DNA from: Obrimoposthia wandeli | Lineage: Eukaryota | DNA: 64,000 nucleotides | Assembly (NCBI GenBank): GCA_977020255.1 | Contig: CDROCS010002078.1 | Coordinates: 124,001 to 188,000 of the forward strand | Direction: 5' to 3' | In this document: positions 50,820 to 64,000 of the stretch, one piece after another | How positions within the stretch are numbered: position 1 is the stretch's first letter | Layout: each line of letters begins with the position of its first letter | The notes under the pieces: model-generated | What the model saw: only the letters and a program-made list of their open reading frames with translations | Database searches by the model: none | What the model was told of the DNA's origin: nothing | Program-made: the position numbers and the translations under genes

Positions 50820-52150
50820 GCATCTCATGGTAGAATCCCGCAGTAGTCGGCTGGAAAGTGAACGTTCCATTAGCCTTGATAGCGCTTTCGATTATTCACC
50901 CTGCTCTTCTCTGGAGTTCAGGTGATATCTTAGAAAGTACATCCGTGTACGTAATCGACAGAAACTCTCCATCAGTGCATCAATTATATTCTGATACTCA
51001 GGACTCGTATGCCTACCTAGAAAGTTTGCAATGATCGACTTCAGAGCCAGCCAAGCAGAGAGCCCACTGGAACTCAATACTTCATCAAAATGTGCCCTCT
51101 TACCTCGGCACCATCAAATATTCCTGCCTCGGCTTGATCTTGGAAACTTTTGTACCACAAAACTCATTTATCCACCTTTGTTCAGCGTCTTCACAATTAT
51201 TTTCATGAAACTGAGTGTGATGTGCAGTGGGAGGAATATTTTCTTATTTGGTTTAGCCTGAGGGTGGCACAGAACATTGTTTGGTTCGGATTGTAACCCT
51301 TGTCTAGCAGCCCCTCTAGTAGGATATAATGATGGTCATCTGCTCGACTGTCTCCTAGGCACAGACCGTGTGTACCCACCTTAGAGTCCTAACCCCAAAC
51401 CAACAACCTTGAGCTCCACAGATGCTCCTTGTAAATGCCAGTAGACAACATTCGGTCCATCCCTAGTCACTTGAGACGTCTACTTGAGGAAACTATGAAA
51501 CATCCCCATTGTCTCGCTCCATACTTCAAACCCATGAAATTGATCAAATCATCGATGTTCTTGTAGTATGTGAGAGAAGAAGCATCATAAAAGGAAACCC
51601 TCGTAGTTTCGATACCAAAATAATGTGTGTGTTTCTTGATGCCAGCATATTCTTCTCACAGTCGTGTAAACTCAACAGCTGAGAGGAATCTTTCGATAGA
51701 GTCAAGTCTCGCGTCAGGCCATTCAGCTCAGCTGACCCCTATCTATTGGTTTGAAGTTACTAGACTCCTCTACATCGATACCATGTCGAGATTCAGGGTT
51801 TGGCGATGATTCCACGTTGACGTCGGGTTCAGGAACAGGAACAGCTAAGCTGATTTGATGGTGTCTACAGTTCGATACCCTACAGTTCGATACCCTACAT
51901 GTTTCACATACAAAAAGTAACAATATGTGGTATCGTCTTTTCCTCCCCTCCACACTATCGGTAAACCAAATTACCAATTCTTTTTTGTTTGGTTCCTCCA
52001 ATCTCGTAGGTTGTGGACGCATAATTGCAACTTTTTGAGAAATTAATGGCTTATCTTGGTCGGTTAGTTTGACACCAAAATAAGCACGACACGACTCCTT
52101 CAAAAAAATTATCATTTTTGCCTTACAATCTAAAAAGTTACTTTTCCACA
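50820..52150 (-). pseudogene. Degenerate Chapaev-3/CMC-like transposase
   Basis: AYFGVKLTDQDK, LNGLTRDLTLSK, ANFLG, EEQGE, KRYQG and ADYC occur in the expected order on the minus strand. Lies inside LNX intron 46983-54545. Confidence 0.65.
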
Positions 52151-54545
52151 GATTTTACAGAATCTGTCAGGTTGGTTCTTGCACTTTCGATTCATTGTAT
52201 AGTACTATTAATCAATAACTGAAATGATAAAAATAAACTTTCAAAGTCAAAAACAAAGTTTAAATTTATTTAGTTTTATAAAATTTTAATTTACTGCTCT
52301 AAAGTCAATTCGTAAAATATCATTAGCAGGTGGATGTGCTCGGTCTAATCCACCCTCCCCTATATGTATATTGCTACGCTCAGGCACTTCGGCACTATAT
52401 GGATGCACTATGAGATTTCCAGTTTTAAAGGGTTTAAAATGGGATTAAATGAATTTGTGGGAGAGGGGGGGTAATTTTAAAAAACACATATACCTTTTGT
52501 ATATAATTCATAAAGTACTATATAGTGATTTAGCTGTGGTGGTATGGTACAGTCGGTACACGCGAGGACAGATTGGTTAATTTCAGAAACTAAATGGTAA
52601 ACCAAGAATCGTAGGCACCTGCTCGAAATCACTCTTGATGGAATACAAGTAACATATGCGCTTAATCTTTGAATTTCATTTACCCACCTTGACCACTGTA
52701 CCATCCACCGCCAGTAAACTGCTCTTGTGTAGTTGAAAGGTGTATTTATATCTCAAAACGTCTGGACATGTGTAGATTTTTATACGCTCATGCATGGAAT
52801 ATCCATCCATCCATACATGCACGTTTTGAAAGGATATATGCACCCTTCCTCTCTAGGGGGAGTGAATTAGACCGGATACATCCGCCTACAATAATTAAAT
52901 TACTAAATAACCCAGTTTTTAGCAATTTTGTGAGTATTTCTGAAATAAAAGGTTATGTAAATGTCATGTAAAAGAATTTTGCTGTTCATTTTATTTTTTC
53001 TTATTATCTTTCCTCAATGTATTTATAAAATCTTAAATATCTAAGAAACCAAAGCAAGAAAAGGGAATTGTATTTCTAAATTTAGCAGTTAAAACTGACC
53101 CTAAAACCGCTAGAATGTGACCTTTGGAATTATTTTGATGTTTCCAGAATAGATTATTTCAGAAGTAAAACTGTTACGTGCATGAGCATTTTACTGGGAA
53201 AATATTTCTTGTGTGTGAGCTTTACAGTAAATAGCAGCTATCCCTTTTTTCTATAGTGTAGTTCTTTACAAACCGACTCATGTCACGAATTTCAACTAAA
53301 AATTCAGTTTCTCTGTCGTGCATTGTCGTGTATGTTAGGGAGATTATCATAAGGTTGAACATCCTGCAGACACATGCGAAACTGTCTTGTCTAAAATTTA
53401 GTAATACATGTTGCTTTCTCTATAAATAATAAAATATCAGACTTGATTACGTAAAGTTTAGATTTACGGAATCAAAATAAATATCAGTTTTTCTTTATCG
53501 AAATTTAGCTTTTCTTGAATTTAGAAAACTGCCACTAACTCTGTCTAATGACGTTTTCAACTTTGTGGAATAATTAAAATGAAAAGTAGCTGGTACCAAA
53601 CAGTTGATTTGTTATCAGTTTCATAAATTTTAGCATCAAATTACGTAAGCACACAACCATTGGGTCAAATAAAAAAAGAAGAAAGGGGATAATCTCGTTT
53701 GAGAGTCCAGTATTAATCAACCATCTCTTTTCCATCTTCTTTATATTTAAGATTAAATTGAATGGTGAAAATTTTAAAAAAATAGTTTTTCTAATTTCAT
53801 TTGCTCACTTTTTTAAAACATTATAACAATCATTGTACCAAAACAGATTTTATTTTTGAATTTAACATGTTAAAATTGCTCCAAATTAGTTCTAAAATCT
53901 TTGACACCAAAATTTGTGTTTGCTCGTGTAATTTTTAGAACCTTCCATATTATTTCTGTACATTTTAATAAAATTAACCACACACTGATCCCCGCTTAAT
54001 GGAATTAACTTTTTGTATCTTGATTACAACAAAAATACTTTTAAGGTACCACGTCTAAAAATATTTTTAAAATGATTTTATGTCTACAAAGGATTTAATT
54101 ATATCACTGTAATTTGTAAAATTTCTCTGTATTTTATACACGTCAGGTCGTTATTTTGCGAATACAAATTGTTTTTGACCATGTCGATATCTCTAAATCC
54201 TGACGAAATAGGAATTTTTAAATATCATTTTGTAATAGGCTAACACACTTACTCTAAAAATATGCTGTTTCCTTAAATACATAAAAATTATCGTTTGTTA
54301 TTCAGTCATATAATTTAGCGTGATTACAGAGTTTTAAAAATGCTTTGTTGAGAAAATGTATGTGAATTTAAAAGAAAATTGAAAGCATTCAACTAAGTAA
54401 AAATTTACTATAATGACTTTTAATACACGGTTCCTGAAATTTAAATAGAAATTAAAAAACAACCTTTTTCTAATTTGCATTTCAGGTTTTGCATAACTTC
54501 TTCTACTCGTTACAGAAAGTAGTGTAAGTAAACCTAATAATGCAG

Positions 54546-54788
54546 CTGGTTTCGGTGACGAAACAGCTGAAGCAGCAGTTGGGCCTCACAATCGCCGGCG
54601 GCATTGACTTCAGTGGGGCCGATACGCCGGTTTACATCGCCAACATCGCACGCAACAGCAGTCTGTCTTCTGGCGCAGCAGTTGCCAAGGGTGACGTTCT
54701 ACTATCAGTCAACAATGTTGACCTTCTCGGTATTCGGCATTCTGACGCGGTGTCGGCGCTCAAAAATGAGTGTGAACGATGCGAGAAG
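54546..54788 (+). CDS. LNX: Host LNX-like gene, exon encoding PDZ3
   Basis: TGCAG|CTG...AAG|GTT, phase 0/0. LVSVTKQLKQQLGLTIAGG...KGDVLLSVNNVDL...HSDAVSALK. Confidence 0.88.
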
Positions 54789-56484
54789 GTTATTTAGTGC
54801 TACTTATGTTTGTAAGTAATCGATGGAATGAGAAAAAAAACTTTGCGAAGTTGTGTCATTGGTTTCTCTTTTCCATCTATTGCGGGTAAATTAAAAATTT
54901 AAGTGATATATTTAAACATTTTAAATCGAAATATAAGCTGGGATTTTCACAAGTTTTCATTATAATTAAAAGTTATATTAAGGATGTTTAATGTGTAAAC
55001 ACAAAAAAGGTTTGAAAGCAACTTTGAAAGTTCATATTAGCCATATTTGAAAATTACGTAAGCTTACTTCTTTCTAGGCATTTTACGCGAGAGGTACTGT
55101 GAGTTTTAGCTGAAATTTATTAAACTAAGATAAGATAAGTCATATAGTGTTGTAATCTGTTGATCATGTTTTGTTTTAAAGCGGCACCCACACGTTGTGA
55201 GCGGTATCTCTGAGATTGGCACTTGATGGGATGCGATTTATTGTAGCTTGAACTAGATGCCACATAAATAAAAGAGAATAATCTTCAACAAAATAAATTT
55301 ATTTTATTCTTTCAATTTGTTATGACTTTAAACTTCAAATATTTTGTCTTATGATATCTGATGTTACTTTGGATTTCTCATAGTTTTATCATTTGAATTT
55401 TCATTCACTATGTTTAATTCCTTTAAATAGCTTGGTTTCTCATATCCCATGCTTTTCTGGAAAATTTAAATAATTCTAAATCCAAAACTGGCTTTAATTG
55501 AAGGCTAATGAAATTTTATGGGATAAAGTGTTGTATTAACAATCGTTTAATCGGTAAATTATAAAGCAACATAATACAATACAATAATATATTTAATAAA
55601 GCACTAATATCTAATAAATCAAAATTTATAATTATTGACTAAAAGCGCTTTCTGTTTTCCTTTATCCTTCGTAATATTTTCTGAATAGTAAAGTTTTCAG
55701 CTGCTTCTTTAATTTTTAACATTATCTCAGTTTCTTATATGCATTGTTGTAAATTGTTGTAAAGATTCGGAGCATTAATTTCAACTATTCCATCACTCTG
55801 TTGGTTATTTGAGAATTTCTTGGCCAATCTGCAGTCACCATCACTGCTCCTAAGATGCATATGCGTGGTCACTGCAACAGTCTCAAGAAGATCATATAAA
55901 TATTTATGCAATTCTGACACTGATCAGCAGCCAATGAAGCTTCATCACGTCTTGATGCCATAATCGCATACGTTAACATTGTTATCTCAATAGTAAGGTA
56001 TTGTCTTATCAGATAAATATTTTTATATGACTATTGCATGTTCTTATCACTTTATTAATTTGACAATTCATGATAACATTTTCATCGAGGACGTTTTACA
56101 GAGTATAACCCTACAATATTGGCAATATATTCCTCAAATACTAATTTCAAATCATATCTTCCTTGAATAATCTAGCAACACTTTTTAAAGGACAAAAGAC
56201 ATGCCATCAAACTACATGTTTTGCTTGCTTTAAAAGAATTCCAAGTGATAAAATACCCTATATTTAAAGAATAAGGGGAAAAATTGCAATGTCTATGTGT
56301 TTTGTGAACGCATTTTGCAATATTTCTTTTTTTATATGGTATAAGCAATCGAAAGAAGGTGTTTATAAGCGGGAAAGGAAGACTGAGGTCAGTGATGAAA
56401 TTGAGGAGAAAAACTAAGACGAAAATTACTAAAATAGAAGATTCTTGGGTATTGTGTAATTTATATTGTCTCACTGCATCTCAG

Positions 56485-56688
56485 ATCGATATCCGGGTGC
56501 TCAAATGCTCAGAGCGCCTCAGGGAGACTCCTGGGGGTGACTTCACGCCTCACTGGTCGTTCTGGTTTGGACTACCGAGCTACTATCAGTTCCCCAAGGT
56601 CGTCACGGTATCCAAGGAGCGACCAGACTCGCCGATTGGTATCAGCATTGTAGGCGGCCTGGACTCGTATTCAGTTCCTTTTAACAAT
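56485..56688 (+). CDS. LNX: Host LNX-like gene, exon (linker and start of PDZ4)
   Basis: CTCAG|ATC...AAT|GTGAGA. FTPHWSFWFGLPS...IGISIVGG matches the LNX signature WSPSWVMWLGLP...GFSIVGG. Confidence 0.85.
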
Positions 56689-57207
56689 GTGAGATCACTT
56701 TTATGTGGCTGGCGGAGATGAATTTTGTCTGGAGTACATAAATTTAACAACTGTGAAGGAGAACAGCGCCAAAAGAACACTTGGCATTTTGAGATATATC
56801 GCCTAAATAGACACTGAGATTGAGGAAGCGGAGAGAACCCACCACAGAACACCATCGCCTCGAGAGACCGACAATGCTCAACTGCTAACTGCTGTAGATT
56901 ACAAACAAATACATATACTGCCTACACGAAATCGCAATGTCTGTCATATGGCGGGGAAACTTGTCAGGGTCTGTAAAAGGAGAGACAATGTGTGAGTGTG
57001 TGATTATATATTTTCCACTATATACATTGTTAAAGCCACCGTCTAGAGCATGTTATTACTTTGTCATGATGATGCTTACGCAGAAATATTTTTCTCAGTA
57101 CTTCATATTAATCAATTGAAGATATCATTGGATTGTGTAAGGCTATCGATAATTTGGTCAATAGATCAGTTTCCATTTTCTGTGCCTGACCACGGGCTCT
57201 AATCCAG

Positions 57208-57335
57208 ATATCGCCAACACGGAACATGCTCAACGTCATCTCCAGGTCCCGATTCACTCAGCATCATCTTCTCAACTGGGTCATGATCCGGTCGATATTG
57301 CCGGGGTCAGCTGCAGATCGATGTCATGGTCTGAA
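57208..57335 (+). CDS. LNX: Host LNX-like gene, exon (middle of PDZ4)
   Basis: TCCAG|ATA...AA|GTGAGT, phase 0/2. VMIRSILPGSAADRCHGL(K). Confidence 0.75.
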
Positions 57336-57829
57336 GTGAGTTGTGGGTGGTCACTGTTGCTACCGTATGAATTGCCCGTGCTTCTTTTTTTGTTACATCA
57401 ATATGAATTCAGTATTACAAATTTGTTTCCGAGATAAAGCAGCTTTTCTTGCCTGTGTATTGTCTTAAATACAAAAACAGGAAACATGAATACAAACAAA
57501 AAGTCTGTGTACCTCTTTTGAAAAATGGTAAATAACACTTTCTTTTAATAGCTTATGCTATGAGAAAGAAATGACAATAAAAGAAAATATATAAGACATT
57601 TTTAGGATAAAAGGTACATTGGCACAAGTAACAGGTATTTTCCCCATTTTTCTGCATGCAATCTTTTCAGACATGATATATCAACTTTGAAGAATTATGG
57701 TCTAAGATGGGACCAAATCAACTAAGAATCAGGGGTCTCAAAAAATATGCAGAACATTTGGAGTATGTTTTTAGAAACTGAACATGTTGAAGACTCAAAG
57801 GTGAGGCCTAACTCAACGACAACAAGAGA

Positions 57830-58582
57830 CGAACGATGCATTGTAAGAGAATGTTTGAAATATTGAATGATGCCAGCCACAAAAATATCACGGCCAGAAC
57901 GGGAGAGCAGATTTTGATAAAATACGAACTAAGGTGTTATGAGACAATCAGAAAGAATTTTAACTAAGAAACAGAGACTAAACAGATAAAACTGGGCAAA
58001 TACCAACTTACAATTTGTTGTATTTTCCGATGAATCTATATTCCAATACTGAAACACTTGTGATAAACGAAAGGGTGAAAATATATGGAGACATGCCATA
58101 CAGGGCGTTTGTTGGTGTCGCAGTTTCAAGTTAGTGAATGAAATATAAATGCCGAAAGATATCAGGAAATAATCGGTGAATGCCTAGTCATTTCTTATTG
58201 TGAATTATTTTTTCAGCACGATATGACACCACCCCGTACTTCACAAATGTTGATCGAGAAAAAATATGGATGTATTCAGTTGGCTAGGAAATTCTCCAGA
58301 TCTTAGCCCAATGGAAAATATGTGGCAATCATAAAAAGACAAATAGATCTTAAATATTTTGGAATTTTGGAACAACTGTGGGACAGGGTCAAAGAAGACA
58401 TGATCTTCAGTTTCTTATAAATTTATCCAAAACTTTGTATTATCTGTGCCGTAAAAATAAAATAGATATGAAATATCGAAGGTGCCCATCAAATACTTAT
58501 TAGGTTTACATGTATATATAATCTCTAAACAAAGTTCATTTATTTGCTATTCAATTTAGGCGGTGCACAGACTATAGTGTAT
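57830..58582 (+). pseudogene. Tc1/mariner transposase remnant with one terminal repeat
   Basis: VFSDES (~58020), FQHD (~58212), W.GNSPDL.PMEN.W (~58280-58330). Ends ...CAGACTATAGTGTA, a Tc1-like TIR end plus TA. Confidence 0.7.
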
Positions 58583-59019
58583 CTCTCAAACTTGAGTTTC
58601 TGGCCAGTCCCCCGAAGGTGTTCAATTGTCCCATTAGGTCACTAAAATTCGTGTTGAAGAATCGAGGTATATCGAGGGGTGGAACATCATTTTAACTCTT
58701 GTTATTTTAACCTAAACCTTAAAGGATTTACAGATCCACACTGTGTTTCACACTATTATGCAAGTATGTTTTTATACAATATCTAATTCAATGTTGGATC
58801 AAATTCGATAAAATTTTAGATAATTAATGCATTTGAAGTAGTAAATATAAATAAATAAACGAGATTTTAAAAGAATTTATTACTCTGTTATTATTGATAA
58901 TATTCAAGATTTTAGGTGTTTCACGCTATTATCAAACACTTTGAATTTTGTGTGACTCTTATATATATGGCTCTACGCTTATTTCAGTATACATTTTCTC
59001 TTTTTCTGTACCTTGTGAA

Positions 59020-59400
59020 GACTACAGAGTGAACTGCCAATGTTGTTGAACTGTTAAACGCCAAACGACTGAACAACCCCAGTTCTCCGATGAGCTGTAC
59101 AATGAAGCAGCGAACTTGGTGCAAAACTTTGAACATGATATCAACATCAAGGCACTGAGAAAAAACAATCTTTAGATCCAGCGGTCCAAGAATATTATCG
59201 AATGGTTGTGCACACTCCTGATATTGATTATCTGTAACTCCTTAGACAGACCAACTCTGTACAGCAACGCTAAGAATGAAGACGCAATATCTTGTGCCTT
59301 CTCGGTTGGACAATGTGACACCAGAAATTTAGGGAGATATAACATTTGCAGGTTAAATAACATTAAAGTTTTATATTTATTTATATGATTCCAGTATGTG
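59020..59400 (+). pseudogene. hAT-like transposase C-terminal remnant
   Basis: LYNEAANLVQNFEHDINI and a degenerate (S)TLR.MK.YL-like dimerisation region. Heavily decayed. Confidence 0.4.
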
Positions 59401-60025
59401 TGCAAGAGCGATTGCATGAATGCCAGATGTGCTCAATAACTGAATTATCACATCATATCCTCAGTCGAAGGTCAAGGACAAAAGAAGAAGCAGGAACTGT
59501 CTGTTGTGGGCTTTTGTTTAAATATAAAATTGAAATATAAACGAACTGACTCGAAACGAAACTAACACGCTCTTTTACTGCCTGATGTGACTAAGGTCGA
59601 AGTCGAATATGAAATCTGGGAAGAATCAATCGGCAATGTTTCTTGATCCAGGTGGCTGTTTCGGTATTTTCCCAAACATCTCTCAATTCATTAATGGAGT
59701 TATTAAGCGTTTTGACCCCACACAACATCGAAGAATTGTCTTAAAATCTTTGATAAATGTATGTAAATAAATAAGTTCACATTTACTTTATTATATTTAG
59801 AATAGAATTTGATCACATGAATCTATCTAAAAAGGTATGTGAGTTTTCTTTATTAATTATAATTTGATTAGTATACTTTCGTTATGTTTAATTGACAAAG
59901 TTGAAATAAATATTTGCTAAATTTTGACTGTGCACCTTTTAAAACAAGTCTATTTTACATTTAAATTGCCTTTATTGACAACTACTTACAAGTGAAAGTA
60001 GCTGATAATATTGCAAATAATGCAG

Positions 60026-60161
60026 ATGCGGTGACATTCTGTTGTGTGTGGACGATCGTGCAGTCTGCACCATGCCACACAAGGTCATTGTAAGCCTTCT
60101 CAAGGCCGCAACTAGCGAAGTCAAGCTCAAGGTCATCAGGTGGCCTGGCTCTGAGGTCTAG
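60026..60161 (+). CDS. LNX: Host LNX-like gene, terminal coding exon
   Basis: TGCAG|A TGC, completing K-CGDILLCVD...HKVIVSLLK...VKLKVIRWPGSEV*. Compare the LNX C-terminus VTLTVICWPGSLV. Confidence 0.85.
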
Positions 60162-63111
60162 AGTCGTTTCTTCCGCTTATCCGCTAATAGAATCTATTTG
60201 TGCCTTCCCATTACCAATTTTGTGGTTTCCGTTCATGCGATCTTCAAATAAAATGCTACCCATAACTGCCAGTAGATAAATAGTAAATTAAATAATTTTT
60301 AATATGAAAGAAAAGGAATTTTGTTATTTAAAAAAAAATTAAATCATAAATATATTTCTAAAATTGACTAAAGGAAACATTATGTACAATTTGGGATGTC
60401 GGAAAATAAGTTTATGAGTAAAGTCTGAGAAATCGATCAAGTTAAGTTGTCGAATAAACGTGTTTCGGTTTTTGGATACCGCTTAGAATTGTTTCCGAAT
60501 TTATTAAATATACAGGGTAGGCATAACGTCCTGGATGAGTTTTATGTTATTTTATTAATGTAAGTATTACTACAGTGAAGTTTAAAAATCAAATAAAAAT
60601 TACTAAATGTTTATTCAAAATCCTTAACAATGTCCCAAACATTTTTTCTTAGAAAACGCTTTACCTTGAATCTGACATTTTTCAAGTCCTTTTTACTTCC
60701 ATAAATATTTTAAATAATTTTCGGGAACATAATTTATTTCATATGTTATACATTGTTTCAGTTGTTCAAGAGATTTAAGAGATTTATTATTAACATTGTC
60801 TTTATCCAAAAACTTGAAAGTCTAACGGAGTTAAATCAAAGCTTAATTTCCTTAATTTTAACCTGACAAACCTCACAATTATCAACAAATCGCACAATCC
60901 ATGCTCGCACTCTCAAAAATCCACCAAAACAGGAACAAATCCCCACTTGAAAACAATCTACATCCCCATCATCCATTACCAGCGTATTGAAATGCGTTAC
61001 TTCCACAAGACACAATTTTCGGAGGATTTGCTGAGACGGAGCAAATCACCATTGCCCAAGATCTGGGTCTTCTTGTATCCGTTCTACTCAATTAGCAACA
61101 AACGTTTTATATCCCCCAAAGCACGGTCTTATATCCCACTATCACTCCAAAAACACAACTTACTGACGTTTTTCGTTCCATCGCTTACAACTCTGCAAAT
61201 TGAACCTCTTCTTATGTTGCTATTAGTTCTAATCTTGGAATACTTACTGTTCCGTCTTGATTTACATCGTTATCATCGTTAAGTCACTTCTTCGCCACCA
61301 TTCCAGCTTCTATTCAAACTTTAGTCAAATCAATTTTCAAACTTATTGCTTTTTCCACTGAGTCAGCCGAATTTATTGTGTCGTCCATATTGGTTTCATT
61401 TTGTACAGCTCTACTCACTTTTACTTTCATAACGTGGATTTAATCTGACTACAGGACCACCTCGGTTTCCAACGACTACTCTAATGAACCGTTGTAATTC
61501 ATTTTGGACAGCACCAAGAAGTATATCGACGAATCTTGCTTTTCTTAAAGGGAGAAACTTTGTCACCTTTAAATGATTTGAATTTCTTGAGGCATCTACC
61601 TAATCGCTTACATTTAATTTGGCTGCTACTTGTTTAACTGTCAAACAATTATAAATTTACTTATCTTTCTATTATAACTTTGAATAATGCAGATTACCTC
61701 CCGACAACTCCTTAACTCATTTCTTCCTCCAATCGTTCCAATAGGTACTGACTTCATATGGCCTTTAAATGTAGATAGTCAGAAACATTGTCACTAATAA
61801 AACTGGCTCTATTGGCATCGTTCAGTAGAACATTTATCGTAACTTCTTTATAGACATTACGTATTAGGATAGGAATTGTTCTTTTTGATTTGTACAACTT
61901 GTGTATCCTGTTAAGTTAGATATATCCTACCCGTCGAAATCTTTCCCAGTTATTCCTGTTTCTCATCCAATGATGTTTGAAGATATGTCATTATTTTCGA
62001 CTTAATTTTGAATGTCTATAATCTCTAGCCCAATGACTCTTTTATTAACAATTATTCTTTATAACCCAATTTATTCGGTTTTCTACCTTTACAGCACATT
62101 AAATACTGTTTATTGCGATCTGAGTTCCCTTTGCTTTCATGAAAACTTGTTTATTTTACATCAATATCATTTGTTTACTAATCGCTTTTCATTTCAAATC
62201 TTAAAATCTCTTCTGAATTTCTAAAAATTTCCGTTTTTTGCTGGGCCAATTTTAACAGATTACTGCAATTTTCGTTTAAATATTTAGATCGTATTCATAT
62301 ACTCCAATTTATTATTTTACTTTGTGGTGGCTTTTGTAAAGTCTTTTGAAATAGAAAACCATTTTGTAACTCATTTTCCTTTTCTAAATGTCTCAATCTG
62401 ATTTATAATGTTTCTAACACTTCTTCAAATCTTTCCACATCTTTGCTATCACCAATTCTGTATCTTTCAATTGCCTCTTCACTGTTCCCTCTCTATTGGT
62501 CTAATGGCAGTTTTTCAAGCCTTTGTCAACATACCTTTTCATATTCGTTCTTGTTTTATTTAACTAACTTAACTTAGCTTTGTCATCCATAACTCCAAAT
62601 AATTTTAAATTAATATTAATCTCACTTAATTTATTTTTATTTTTGACCATTCGCTTACCATTCTGTTGTATCCGAAACTGAATAAACTTCATCTTAAATG
62701 ACTTAGCTATGATGACTTTTAGGTCTCTTTTAGGCATTTCTAAATGGTATTTTATCTTATACGCCAATTTTTCCACTCTTTCACTGTTTTTATCTAATGA
62801 AACTTAATGATTTATCTTTTATCTTAGTCTATAACACAATCCCCCCACCATTTTTTTATGTTACTTGGAATTTTACAGCCAATCTCAAAAGTGATTAGAG
62901 AAGACCACGGGAATCCATATTGACCCCGTCGACTTATCGCAGAAGAGATTTCAAATAATAATTGAATGTGAATATATGACCACTATTTTTAAGAAAGTAT
63001 ATATTTTAGATTAATAAATTACTATATGTTTATTAAAATATCTAGGTCAGATTTATATTATCTATAGGAGAAAAAACAAAATACAAGACAAAATTCATTT
63101 CAATACATTTA

Positions 63112-63537
63112 TTAAATAAATAAAATATAAAACACCATATTAGCTTCACTCAAAGTCCAAAGAGGCTGTATTTTCTCGTCATCAGAATAATATCCATTGA
63201 GTCGTATTGAAATATTCCATTGTTCTTCGTCTAAAATTGGAGCAATCAAATAACTTAGATCATCTCCAAAAGCCAGACTAGGATCAGTTTCAAGCTGGAA
63301 AGAATTTCCTTCGCATACATAATCAGGTATGTAAAATCCAAAAATATTTTTCAATTGATCAATATTGGATGTTGTTAAAATTTCAATTAAATATTTATTT
63401 TCCACTTTTGATATTTTCACAGGATTCATAACTCGTATAATTTGAAGCCTCTTTAATATATTACATAGTTTTCCTTTAGAAATTCTTTCCAGACATTTAT
63501 TATCAAAAAAAGACAAACAATCTTCCTGAATATCCAT
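63112..63537 (-). CDS. 141-aa ORF of unknown function, divergent from the ATPase; possibly a Polinton gene
   Basis: ATG-initiated ORF with no recognised motif. Assignment is from context only. Confidence 0.35.
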   Translation of the reverse strand: MDIQEDCLSFFDNKCLERISKGKLCNILKRLQIIRVMNPVKISKVENKYLIEILTTSNIDQLKNIFGFYIPDYVCEGNSFQLETDPSLAFGDDLSYLIAPILDEEQWNISIRLNGYYSDDEKIQPLWTLSEANMVFYILFI

Positions 63538-63645
63538 TGGTCCTACATGAAGTAAAAGACACCTTACTGTGTAATGCTATAGGAATTTAATTACCTACAT
63601 GTGTTTACTATGAGTATAGTTTTCTTATCTTATCTTATCTTGTAA

Positions 63646-64000
63646 TTATTTCAAATAGTTGGTCTCAGTGGAAGTGGAAAGACACATTTTGTATGTAAAT
63701 TGAAACAAAATGAGGCTATTTTCAATTCTAGTTTCAAAAATATTTATTGGCATCGTGGTGGAGGAGGGGAAAGCGGGTTAACCAAAACAGAAGTTTGCAA
63801 GTTGAAGGGAATAAAATTTATTGAAGGGTTTGATGCGAATTGGTGTGAAATATTAAAAAAGAATATGTAATAATTATTGATAATTTGTAACAGGAAGCTA
63901 ATAAGGAATCGGACTTTAATCATTTATTTACAAAGATTGCAAGGCATCGTGAAGTAACAGTTATATTTATCACTCAAAATCTTTTTCATCAAGGAGGTCA
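63646..64000 (+). pseudogene. Polinton/Maverick-type (A32-like) DNA packaging ATPase, disrupted, truncated by the window edge
   Basis: Walker A GLSGSGKT (63661-63684), Walker B-like VIIIDNL, and LFTKIARH...VIFITQNLF. One frameshift (~63865) and in-frame stops. Confidence 0.8.

Noticed and set aside
54524-54545. 22-nt ultra-short intron GTAAGT...TGCAG before the PDZ3 exon
   Set aside because: The upstream segment has an in-frame stop, and the 46982 donor already joins 54546 in phase with LNX-like sequence continuity.
60510-62860. Possible Tc1/mariner or LINE remnants
   Set aside because: A TIR-like TACAGGGT start and coding-like composition are present, but no unambiguous catalytic motifs could be read.
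1-64000. Assigning the host species (planarian, myxozoan or other) or naming the element Burro
   Set aside because: AT richness and giant LTR elements fit several invertebrates; this needs a database comparison that I cannot run.

Overview
AT-rich animal (invertebrate-like) genomic DNA, not prokaryotic; the host taxon cannot be determined from the sequence. The window is dominated by a recently inserted giant Ty3/Gypsy-type LTR retrotransposon (15728-39877, 24,150 bp). It has TG...CA LTRs of 2,089 and 2,510 bp, a 4-bp AATT target-site duplication (TSD), and a primer-binding site (PBS) matching elongator tRNA-Met. The seven long + strand ORFs in the track appear to be pieces of one reading frame broken by six small lesions (2 in-frame TAG, one 11-bp duplication, three 1-nt losses in A runs). 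Repaired, the frame gives a ~5,360-aa polyprotein: Gag CA - CCHC knuckle - ubiquitin/SUMO-like - AT-hook - Bcl-2-like (tentative) - signal peptide - chuvirus-like fusion glycoprotein - TM - protease 1 - IAP (BIR, BIR-like, RING) - protease 2 - RT - RNase H - integrase - three beta-rich repeats - dual-specificity phosphatase - pseudophosphatase - three signal-peptide/TM membrane modules. Three small paralogous RING-H2 genes follow, each preceded by a splice-acceptor-like site. The cargo resembles the anti-apoptosis, ubiquitin and signalling toolkit of large DNA viruses. The flanks hold a decayed Gypsy element, hAT, Chapaev-like, Tc1 and piggyBac-like remnants, a related solo LTR, tandem arrays, the last five coding exons of a host LNX-like PDZ gene, and a pseudogenised Polinton-type packaging ATPase at the right edge. 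All domain calls are by-eye motif matches, not database results.
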